Origin: Nemertoderma westbladi
Lineage: Eukaryota; Animalia; Xenacoelomorpha
Assembly: GCA_032718475.1 (NCBI GenBank)
Contig: JAUCBJ010008503.1
Location: 362-64,361 of the forward strand
DNA length: 64,000 nucleotides
Direction of reading: 5' to 3'
Shown: in pieces, positions 52,139-61,687 of the stretch
How positions within the stretch are numbered: the first letter of the stretch is position 1
Layout of the letters: the number at the start of each line of letters is the position of its first letter
Made by a program: the position numbers and the translations under genes
The notes under the pieces: generated by a model
What the model saw: the letters and a program-made list of their open reading frames with translations, nothing else
Databases searched by the model: none
Told to the model about the DNA's origin: nothing

Positions 52139-53760
52139 ATCTGCTATTTGGGTTTATTAATATTATAAGGAGTTTATGTTTAGGCGAGCGGGCGTCGCTG
52201 CCTACCTTTCTTTGCCCCCGGACAGTGGGATTCTCAGCGCCGATGTACCGTCGTCGCGGTGTTTACGCCAACATGTAGCAACAGCACGACAACGATAACC
52301 GGCACAAGTCACTCCACTGTCCGTCCCAAAGGCTTGAATCCACTTTAGGTTCTTTCTATAGGAGAGTTGGGCTACTTTCACAATTGCGACTAGCTACTGT
52401 AAACACACTTTAGCAGTAACATTCACCTATAAACGCACAAATTCCACACAACTGTCACCAATTGTACACATACAGGCCATTTGTCCGTTAGTCAGTGCCT
52501 TCCAGAATGTCACGTTATTATTGTGTATCCTTGGATACTAACAGTGTGCTATGTATTCTCTATGCTATGCAATGGGACAAGCTTTCTATTGTTCTTTTAA
52601 CTTGCTTCTAATTCTAGCGTGGGTGTTGCTATGGTGACATTATGGAAAGCTAGCGGTAGAATTAGGGCAATTCTCATGCATACAGATCTGGAATGCTATT
52701 TAATAGTAATTCTTTAATTGTCAATATCCTCTTTATGCATGATTTTATTAATTTTATCGGCTATTGACTATATGTTGGAGATTCTCGCACTCTAATACAC
52801 TCAATAGGATGAATCTCCGCTCCCATGATCTATTAATTAATGGAATTTTGGGAATGTTATAAATTGCACAAAATGACAATTTATGAAATTCATTTAAGAT
52901 ATGAATTTAAATTTATTCCCGTGAATTTTATTATTTGATGGTAAAATTGACACAATTTTATTCCAGAGCATGTCTGGGGACCTAGGATCTTTAATTCTAT
53001 AAAATTGTCTTTTAAGAGTATCGGTAAGTGCTGCGATATCTTAATTGACTAGAAATTTTAAAGGATCTGAATTTTACAGATTTTAATAAATATTAAATTA
53101 ATATTTAAGATGGGCACCGATTTATTCCAGAACTTGTCTGGGGACGTTAACCACTGATTCTAGAATTTGTCTTTCAAGTATATCGGTGGGTGCCGCGATA
53201 TCTTAATCGACTAGAATTACAGATGGTCAAAAGGTTTAACAGATTTATTTGCGTTTTACGCTACTGTTATAGGGACATCACGCTACTATATGTATTATTT
53301 AATATAAGGTATGAAGAGCAATATCGCACGAAGCAATGTCAGTGTGAAGAGGCAAGTCGTTTCCAAGGTCTACCCAGAGCTTGGTTTAGCTGAGACACGA
53401 GGATCTGAACTTTGCATTCCTAATACTCTGCCTACCAATAATACTTAAATATAGTAGGAGCTTTATTGTACTTTAATAAGTACTGACATGTCATCTTACT
53501 ATAGTCTCGTATTTATAATATAATACGGACAGTAAGGAAAAAGAAAGAATTATTTCTCGCCGTCACACTAAATATATATTATGTGTAATTACGTAATAAA
53601 CACTAATATATTGCACTAACCTACTAAATAATCTAAAATAACATTCTACTAAATAAAATTAAATAAAACGATTATAATAAAATTACATAATAATACATAC
53701 ATAAATATAAAATAAAAACAAATATAAAATAATATAGTCACACGCCCACTCCATATGTTA

Positions 53761-56043
53761 TTACGTTATGGAGTCCCTAGATATTTGTCGGATTAGGGAA
53801 GTGGTCGTAGGAAGAGTATCTTGCCTTCCATAGTTTCCGGACAGTTTTCGGTCTCTTTCCAGTAAACATAAACGACCAGCTGGGCGATTGAGTTGTTGTG
53901 TTACTTTCTCCGCTCCCTTGGCCTGTCTAATCTCCGCCGTGGTAAGATGAGGAGGCCATTCTTCTTCTTCTTTACTTAAGAAGTCGGATCCACCTAACCA
54001 GCCTGGAGTATCTATCAGTTCTTGAGGAGTTGCTCCTCTGGAAGCGATGTCGGCTGGATTAATCGTCCCAAGGCAATGTCTCCATTGATCTACATTGGAG
54101 TTAATATCGTCATTATCTGAGGAGTATGGTGTTCCCTCAGTTGGGTCGTCCACCTCACTGCTCTCCACTTCCCATTCCTTTACTTGGTATACCTGTTGTT
54201 GAGGTAATCTCTCTTTGAGAGTTCTACGGGAAGGGCCAGTGAAGTACCAACCTACTCTAGTTCTTACCGCATAGGTTTGTAGTGGCTGTGGTTGAGCAGG
54301 CCGTTTCTCCAATGTCTCTAGCGCCTCATGCGCGTTTTGGCCGATGAGTATTTGCACTCCAGGATAATCTGTGTGGAATCGAGGTATCTTAAGCTGCTGG
54401 ATACTCTCGTCCTCGTCCCAGTTATAAGGTTCTACCTGGGTAGTAGCGAAGTTCTTTATAGCCACCATTTTTACTGACCTTATACTTTGTTCTCCTAATT
54501 TATCCTGGGGGGTGGACAACGCACCTACATAGTAATCTGCCATTATGGGAGATTTCCAAACCTGCATAATTCCTGACATATTCAACTTAGTTCGGAATTT
54601 GGGTTGTCCAGCAAAGATGTCTTCGGCTAGTTCTTGATCGATGAATGTTCCTGTGCTGCCGGAGTCAAGGAGGGCGTTCACTATGTAACTTTTGTTAGGA
54701 CCGTGAACTCTTACCTGCACTACCGGAAATTCTCTGATTCCTACGTTGGAAGTTGGAGGTTTCCAAGATGGTTGTCTGTCAAAGGTAGTTGGGGGGAACT
54801 CATTGTCGGTGTCCTTTTCATACGTAAGTGCTCGATACACTGCGGTATTTATTAGGTAACAGGATTCGTTGGCGTCGGAGAATTCGTCCGTATAGAATCC
54901 TTCCATCTCAGATTCTTGATCAGTGTCATTTACATCACTGAATTGGACATGTAGTTTGGGCTCACTTACCTGACTCGGGTTGTTTCGTTCGAATTCACTG
55001 TGTAACAAGATGTGATGTTTCGCACCGCACTTTGCACACTTTACGTCGGAGTAACAGGTTCGCCGTTGGTGTCCTTGTCTGAGGCAATTATAGCATAACC
55101 GCTTATCCCACATGACTTCACGTCTGTCTACCAGGGATTTCTTTAGGAATTCAGCACACACACTCAAACGGTGGGGCCCGTCGCACAGCGCACATTTTGG
55201 TTTGATGTTACTCACCTTACCTTGGGTAACGTTATGCACTCTCGTTCTTTCTTCGGGCTTTCTTCCGCGAATTCTCTTAGGAGACGTAGGAGGAGTTGTT
55301 GTTACCTGTTCTCTCCTGTCACTGGTTCGAGACTTATATTTACTTACGTCTTTATAGGTCTTGTTGTCATAGTAAGATTTTGCTGTGTCTTTCCCGCTGT
55401 CCTCTTCTTGAGAAGCTTGGCTTTCGCCGTCGTCAGTATAACACACTGGTGTTACCCTTCTCCTAGAAACGGGTTTCTCACTTACCTTATTTTCCGATGT
55501 TTTCTCTCTGGACTGCTTTATGAGTTGTAATTTTACTTCACTATCTAAGAAGGACATGAGATCAGCCATGGTAGGGCCTCGTCGTTGCTGCTCATTCATA
55601 TACAACACTTTCTTGTCCCAGCGTGTACATACTCCACCCTTTGGTAAAGTAGAGACTACGGCTCCAATAACCATGGAACTCTGATATTCATGAGACTTAC
55701 CTAACCAATCCAATTGTCTACAGATCTCCTGAATCTCATCGGAAAACTCTATAATCCCGCTACTAAGGAACTTTCGGGGGGCTACTAATTTTGCATACAA
55801 ATACTTAGCTATGTTATCCTTGTTACCATACCTGATGTTTAATGTATCCCAAACTTGTCTTAATCCATCTGGATGTCCAATAAACTTTAACGCCATTAAC
55901 TTGGGAGGTCCTTCCAAGCACTTGATGAGGAATCTAAGTTTCTCTCCGTTAGATAGTACAGAGCTCTGTATGCTATCTTTGTAATATTCATTGAAAGGTA
56001 ACCATTTCATCTCATCTCCATTGAATTTGACGATTTCTCCCAC
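53761..56043 (-). CDS. Bel/Pao Gag (DUF1759-like, 3 Cys/His knuckles), aspartic protease and pol remnants
   Basis: FNGD…W…F motif, CALCDGPH…C / CYNCLRQGH…C / CAKCGAKHHILLH, ALLDSGS, QWRHCLGTINPADIASRG, RPAGRLCLLE. Confidence 0.9.
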   Translation of the reverse strand: MGEIVKFNGDEMKWLPFNEYYKDSIQSSVLSNGEKLRFLIKCLEGPPKLMALKFIGHPDGLRQVWDTLNIRYGNKDNIAKYLYAKLVAPRKFLSSGIIEFSDEIQEICRQLDWLGKSHEYQSSMVIGAVVSTLPKGGVCTRWDKKVLYMNEQQRRGPTMADLMSFLDSEVKLQLIKQSREKTSENKVSEKPVSRRRVTPVCYTDDGESQASQEEDSGKDTAKSYYDNKTYKDVSKYKSRTSDRREQVTTTPPTSPKRIRGRKPEERTRVHNVTQGKVSNIKPKCALCDGPHRLSVCAEFLKKSLVDRREVMWDKRLCYNCLRQGHQRRTCYSDVKCAKCGAKHHILLHSEFERNNPSQVSEPKLHVQFSDVNDTDQESEMEGFYTDEFSDANESCYLINTAVYRALTYEKDTDNEFPPTTFDRQPSWKPPTSNVGIREFPVVQVRVHGPNKSYIVNALLDSGSTGTFIDQELAEDIFAGQPKFRTKLNMSGIMQVWKSPIMADYYVGALSTPQDKLGEQSIRSVKMVAIKNFATTQVEPYNWDEDESIQQLKIPRFHTDYPGVQILIGQNAHEALETLEKRPAQPQPLQTYAVRTRVGWYFTGPSRRTLKERLPQQQVYQVKEWEVESSEVDDPTEGTPYSSDNDDINSNVDQWRHCLGTINPADIASRGATPQELIDTPGWLGGSDFLSKEEEEWPPHLTTAEIRQAKGAEKVTQQLNRPAGRLCLLERDRKLSGNYGRQDTLPTTTSLIRQISRDSIT

Positions 56044-58006
56044 TTCGACCGCTTGGCGGGCTAGCCATCTGATGCGTAAAGCTTTCTTGGGCCATCGTAT
56101 TATTTAATATCGAATTATCGGTATATAAATTTCTCGGATTATTATCAGGTCTATAGGGAATATCATTAACAACAGGTTTATAATCACCCTTAATAGGGTT
56201 TGCTATAGGAGTTTCTACTTCACTAGCAGTATAGATGCGTGTAGGCTCCACACCTTGCGCATGTAATACTTCAGACCTAACAGGTTGACACAATGTTACA
56301 GGGGGTATTGGTATACCCTTTTGTATATTGACTAATTTGTCGCGTTCCAGCGCGATACTTTGCTGCACTTCTTGCAATTCTACCCTACTTTCCCTTACTG
56401 TTCCCTTGAGTTGGTGGACAGTCCCTTCTAAATCTCGGATCTGCTGTGAGGAACATTCTCGGTGCTCTCTCAGCTGCCCGAGCAAGAGACCCATCTCCCG
56501 CCGTCCCCCATCAACCCACTCGACCGCCGAAGCGGGAGCCGCCAACGTAGTAGCGGGCCGACGTGGGACGACGGGAGACAAATCTTGGATTTCTCTCTCA
56601 GCGTCAAGAACCGGGACATTCTCTGGGACTGCTCCACCGGGTGCAAACAGTTTCGTACTGTGTAAAGGGAATTTGGTTGTAGGTTCGGGGAGTACAGGGG
56701 CCTCTCTCACCGAAGGGGTGTTTTCGAGAACAGGCTTAACTATTTCAGGCTCATCTACTATGGTAGGGAGTCTTTTGACCTTAATAATTTGGTCTGTGGG
56801 TTCTGTACTACCTAAGTCTGTGCTAGCTAGTTGTCTTCTGACAGCTGGGGGCAAATCAGGCAGTTTATGACGGTGAGATGTTTTTCTACGCCTGCTTAGA
56901 CGAGATCTATTTCCTCCGCCTTCCGGATCGGTGGTCTCGCCTTCTTCCGATGATGTGTATTCTTGGCGTTTGGGAGTAGATCGACTCATCATCTGCATTT
57001 GACTAGCAGTTAGCTGTTTATTTATGTAGTCTTGCGTCTCTTGCAGATTTTCCAACTCCAGTTGGGTAGTCTCCTCAGACGCTCTCCGTTCTGCTTCTGC
57101 CACTGCCTTTGCCATTGCCGCTGCCGCCTTTCTTTCTGCTTCTGCTTTTGCCGCCGCTGCCTTTCTTTCTGCTTCTACTTCTGCCGCCGCTGCCTTTCTT
57201 TCTGCTTCTACTTCTGCCGCCGCTGCCTTTCTTTCTGCTTCTACTTCTGCCGCCGCTGCCTTTCTTTCTGCTTCTACTTCTGCCATTGCCGCTGCTACTG
57301 CTGCTGCCTTTCGGTCCTCTATCTGTTTTTTCTTTATTTGTTCTTCTTGGACTCTAACGAGGCGGAGTCGTTCATCAAATTTAGCTTGGTTCGCAGCTAA
57401 CATTTCCGCATCGATTGCGTCCAACACAAGCTTGGTTCCTTCACTATTAGGGCGAAGTCCAGACAGTCGTCTCCTCAACTCTTCGTCTCCTAGGAATCGC
57501 TGATAGTCTGACAGATAGATGTCAATGGCGTCTCTAGTTCGCGGCTTCTCTGCTGCTGTTAATTCGCTTTCCACTTCGCTTTCCACTTGAGAAGAAGTGG
57601 CGTCGGTTGATTCTTCATAGGTTGGCCGCTCATCATAAACCGTATCCGCCATCTTCGCTACGCGTTCGGGCGTCCGCTCAACAATATCCGAACTACTGGA
57701 GCTATCAGGCCGCTGAGAACTAGGTTCTTGGCTAGGAGGTTGCTGCTGTTTGATAGCTGCTTCTTGATCCCGCTTGACTTGGGCCCGAGTGCCGATGATA
57801 GACCTACGCTTTTCTACTAGCCTAGGGTCTGACACTACTACTGTAGGGATGGCCTTTCTTACAATAGTAGGTGACTTAGACTTGGATCTAGGATGTTCTA
57901 TACTTGGATCTTGGTCACAGATCCTTTTAATACGCTGTCTAAGTCTAATACTCATTCTAACACTTTCTAAGAGACTATCTGACAGTGATTTGGTTGCGTC
58001 TGTCAT
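56012..58006 (-). CDS. Gag N-terminal coiled-coil/low-complexity region (frameshifted from the downstream Gag)
   Basis: 664-aa ORF with AEVEAERKAAA repeats that overlaps the next ORF in the +1 frame. Confidence 0.7.
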   Translation of the reverse strand: MTDATKSLSDSLLESVRMSIRLRQRIKRICDQDPSIEHPRSKSKSPTIVRKAIPTVVVSDPRLVEKRRSIIGTRAQVKRDQEAAIKQQQPPSQEPSSQRPDSSSSSDIVERTPERVAKMADTVYDERPTYEESTDATSSQVESEVESELTAAEKPRTRDAIDIYLSDYQRFLGDEELRRRLSGLRPNSEGTKLVLDAIDAEMLAANQAKFDERLRLVRVQEEQIKKKQIEDRKAAAVAAAMAEVEAERKAAAAEVEAERKAAAAEVEAERKAAAAEVEAERKAAAAKAEAERKAAAAMAKAVAEAERRASEETTQLELENLQETQDYINKQLTASQMQMMSRSTPKRQEYTSSEEGETTDPEGGGNRSRLSRRRKTSHRHKLPDLPPAVRRQLASTDLGSTEPTDQIIKVKRLPTIVDEPEIVKPVLENTPSVREAPVLPEPTTKFPLHSTKLFAPGGAVPENVPVLDAEREIQDLSPVVPRRPATTLAAPASAVEWVDGGRREMGLLLGQLREHRECSSQQIRDLEGTVHQLKGTVRESRVELQEVQQSIALERDKLVNIQKGIPIPPVTLCQPVRSEVLHAQGVEPTRIYTASEVETPIANPIKGDYKPVVNDIPYRPDNNPRNLYTDNSILNNTMAQESFTHQMASPPSGRSGRNRQIQWR

Positions 58007-60076
58007 GTTTGTTTACACAGTTGAATGCCTACGGCTATAAATACAGTTAAAGCAAGTCTAGCAATTCAGTATCACTGTTAGCCTAATAATTAATTACCGA
58101 TACTGCTACTCAGTGTAGCGTGATATATATATAATATATTAGAATACCGGTATGCTTATAGTATATATATAAGTATTATTACAGACTAGATTTGTCACAG
58201 AGTACCGGTATATAAATTTAGCACAAATATATATAAATATATAATAGGCCTATCGTGAATACCGGTATACAGCTGACACTTATAGTATATATAAGTATAA
58301 TTATTACAGACTAGAATTAATTACAGAATACCGGTATGATTTCAGCCTAAATTTATAGAATAAATATAATAAGCCTATTGTAAATACCGGTATGTCAATT
58401 ATTTTAAAATAATTGAATTTCTGAATGTTAGGGGTTACCTGGTTACTTTACTTACTTTATTACCGTTATTTAAGCAGTAGTCCAACTGATATTAAGACCT
58501 AAGGATTGTATGACAGGCCTACTATTTTATTAATAGATTTAGTGGATTTATATGTACCCACATGAGGGGTTTTGTTACAATATTGAAATAGATGTTATTA
58601 TTTCTGGGAAGTAATCACTACACAAAAGCTGTGCGCTCTCAGTGAAGTGCTACTTATTAGACACTAAAACAGATAATTCTACTTCCTAAGTTACTTATCT
58701 ACAAATTACTTACGATACGGGTGAGATTAATTCTCTAATTAAAACACAACAAAATATTACGTATGAAATTTTAGGGTAATTTTACAAGGAACTACAAACC
58801 AGTCTAGCAGAGTGTTAGATTTTCTGGTTATTACATCGGACAGGATACTACGGTATTTGAAAATAATAAGTAGTAGTAAATACACTGCGTTGTCCAGATA
58901 GGAAAATACCACCGCCTGACGACCTATAGCCGTATCGCTATAGGTACTACGTTATGTATCACGGAGTGTCCCTACCTAGAAGTTAATTACCGCGGTCTAC
59001 CAGAACCAACGTGCCTATTAACCACTTTACAACACGAATATACTGCCTACACACTAATTACTTTCGGAAAGCACTGTACACCAAACCCTAAATTAGGTAC
59101 AGGTACTTATAAAACAGATAACTAGCAGTTAAATATACTTGAACAGTTAAAAGAACCACGGCATCTGCTGGAGTGGCCAGAGCACAAAGTCACCAGTCTT
59201 TACCTACGCCAAGCAGCCCGTGTAGTACCGGGGTTAATTTAACTACAACGGTATGTGTAACAAGCACAATTACTATAGGAATAAACTTGGGGACATGAAT
59301 GTTGCGAATAATCGCATAAACTCTGAATAATAAATATTACGCTACCCATACAAACTACTCAAACAAATTACAAACCAAACGCTGGCAGACTACCACCAAG
59401 CCTAAATAAACTACAGTATGTGCAGATTCCGAAATGGTTAGTTAGTATGCGTTCTAACACGGTAGTACGACTTATTCTTTAGGAGGGGGTTGACCTTACA
59501 GCTCTGGATGCCCCAACTTACTAACTGGCACTTTATCAGACAAACTCTACACACGCAGCAATCTCTTCAGACCTAATAATAGCTAGACAACAATCCAGCC
59601 TACAAAATATCTGAGTAATAACTATTACGGTACCTGAACAGACCACACAAACAAACACAGGCCAAAACGCTGGCAGACTACTATCAAGCCTAAATAAACT
59701 ACAGTATATGCAGATTCCAAAATGGTTAGTTAGTATGCGTTCTAACACGGTAGTACGACTTATTCTTTAAGAGGGGATTGACCTTACAACTCAAGATGCC
59801 CCAACTTACTAACTGGCACTTTATCGGACAGACTCTACACACGCCGCAATCTCTCCAGACCCAACAACAGTCAGACAACAGTCCAGCCTACAAATTATCT
59901 GTACAATCTGAGCAGGGTTACACGCCTTCTGCTCAATATTAACTTACACATAAATAAAACTGACAGAAATAAGTAAACTATACAAAAGAATGAGGGGTGA
60001 TCAATCCCTATTCCCCTGGCAGCCTACAATATACAATAGATCACAATCGAAATAATACTAATGTACTTGCACTGGA

Positions 60077-60280
60077 AGTACCGGTTAGGACAGTTGGGCC
60101 TACAGACCTACAGCAGTACCGGTTCAGGCAGTTAGGCCTACGGACCTACAGCAGTACCGGTTCAGGCAGTTAGGCCTACGGACCCACAGCAGTACCGGTT
60201 CTGGCAGTTGGGCCTACGGACCTACAGCAGTACCGGTTCTGGCAGTTGGGCCTATGGACCTACAGCAGTACCGGTTCAGG
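60077..60280. repeat. 38-bp tandem repeats (~5) in the retroelement 5' leader
   Basis: Unit CAGCAGTACCGGTTCAGGCAGTTAGGCCTACGGACCTA. Confidence 0.9.
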
Positions 60281-60331
60281 TTTACTGGTCGACCGGTACT
60301 TTCAACCTTATTGTTTACTGCAATAAAGAAA

Positions 60332-60342
60332 ATAACTGTTAT
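60332..60342 (-). promoter_or_regulatory. Non-tRNA primer-binding site candidate (ATAACAGTTAT)
   Basis: Abuts the 5' LTR end, lacks TGG, and is the exact complement of LTR sense sequence 61099-61089. Confidence 0.6.
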
Positions 60343-61656
60343 TGTACGCGCTTTTGAAGACCTTTAGCAGTTTAACCTGCTAAAATTTATATGTCTTTTG
60401 GTTTATAAATAGACTTTTAGTAAATGACAAGTATTTAATACCAATAAACACAACATTAGCCGAAGCCAGCCTAGTGCGCGTCCATTCACCCGCTGGATAT
60501 ACCCGGGAGACTGGATTCGGATGGGGCTTAGATTTTATTATTGCAGTGAAGCCTACTCTATTATTCGATTGATCGTTAATAAATAATTCCTGACTAATAT
60601 TATTCACTTTCGGGAAATATTAACAGTTCCTTTAGGACGTGGCGCTCTATCTAGGTAAACAGAGCTATGACTTATACTAAACACAACGGTAAGGCTTATG
60701 ATTCACGTATAAGGCGCATTCTTTAGGAAATGCTTTGTTATCAGCCACAATCATGCACACTACCGGTACCGCACAATACTGCACACTAATCTGCCGACCG
60801 TCAATGAATTTGATCACACATAAAGAGAACAGCAATTGACTCATGTAGTGCCTATCAAATAGCATTAAACTCACTACAAACCACGATAATATAAGTCGCA
60901 ATCGCTATATGTAACCTGTCTCTCTAACCTGTAGTGTATCAAGAAAATTGGGAAATTTGGGTTCTTTATAGATGTTCTCCAAATAATAATATTCAACCAA
61001 CTGATACAAATAATGACAACAGTAAACAGCATTAAGACGGTAGGTTAAGATAATGATATGATTGTTTGGTTAGTTGATAATTATGGCGATAACAGTTATA
61101 CGTTCTATAATCTACGCCTACTAATGTTTTACTAAAAGTCTGAAACACCGAGTCATTCCAAAAGCCGATGTTCTTGGCCTAGAAGGAACAACAACAACAG
61201 TAACACTGAAACAGTAAGAATGAACACGCCTAGCACGATCTGTAGAATATCTCCACATCGACAGTAAAAATCGCCCTGATTGGCTGTTAAGCTAAACAAA
61301 GAACCATGTGTCCAACGGCCGTTTCCATGCCAGCAACCAGCTGTTAGATGTCATAATCTGAATCATCAAGGCTACACTGTGCTAGAGTATTTGACGCATT
61401 GCGGGTTTTGTGCCTTGCCATGTCCGCCAAAGCACACATATAGAAGAATGACTTTTATGTCCGTTAAAACACCTACAACGGTACTTTGCAGGCAAGGGGA
61501 GTGATTATACCCGCAAAAGCTTTTACAACAATTAAAATAGGCAAGCTATTTACTCTTCTGCTAAATCTCTTCTAGCACCTATAAATGAACATGCTGACGT
61601 CAGATTTTGGCTGACTCCCTCCCCTCCCCTCATCAGCACGTCATCAGATTTTCCCA

Positions 61657-61687
<31 letters not shown>

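Larger units (their letters stand above)
49286..61527 (-). mobile_element. Full-length non-autonomous Bel/Pao LTR retrotransposon (12.2 kb)
   Basis: LTRs at 49286-50469 and 60343-61527 (about 4 differences by eye), TG…CA ends, 5-bp TSD ACAAT. Contains Gag-protease with Pao motifs and an extra 3' ORF. Confidence 0.95.

Noticed and set aside
60445-60540. HDV-like or hammerhead ribozyme in the LTR (GGCTTCGGCTAATG)
   Set aside because: I could not build the P1/P2/P3 pseudoknot or find a CUGANGA/GAAA core. Kept only as generic structure.
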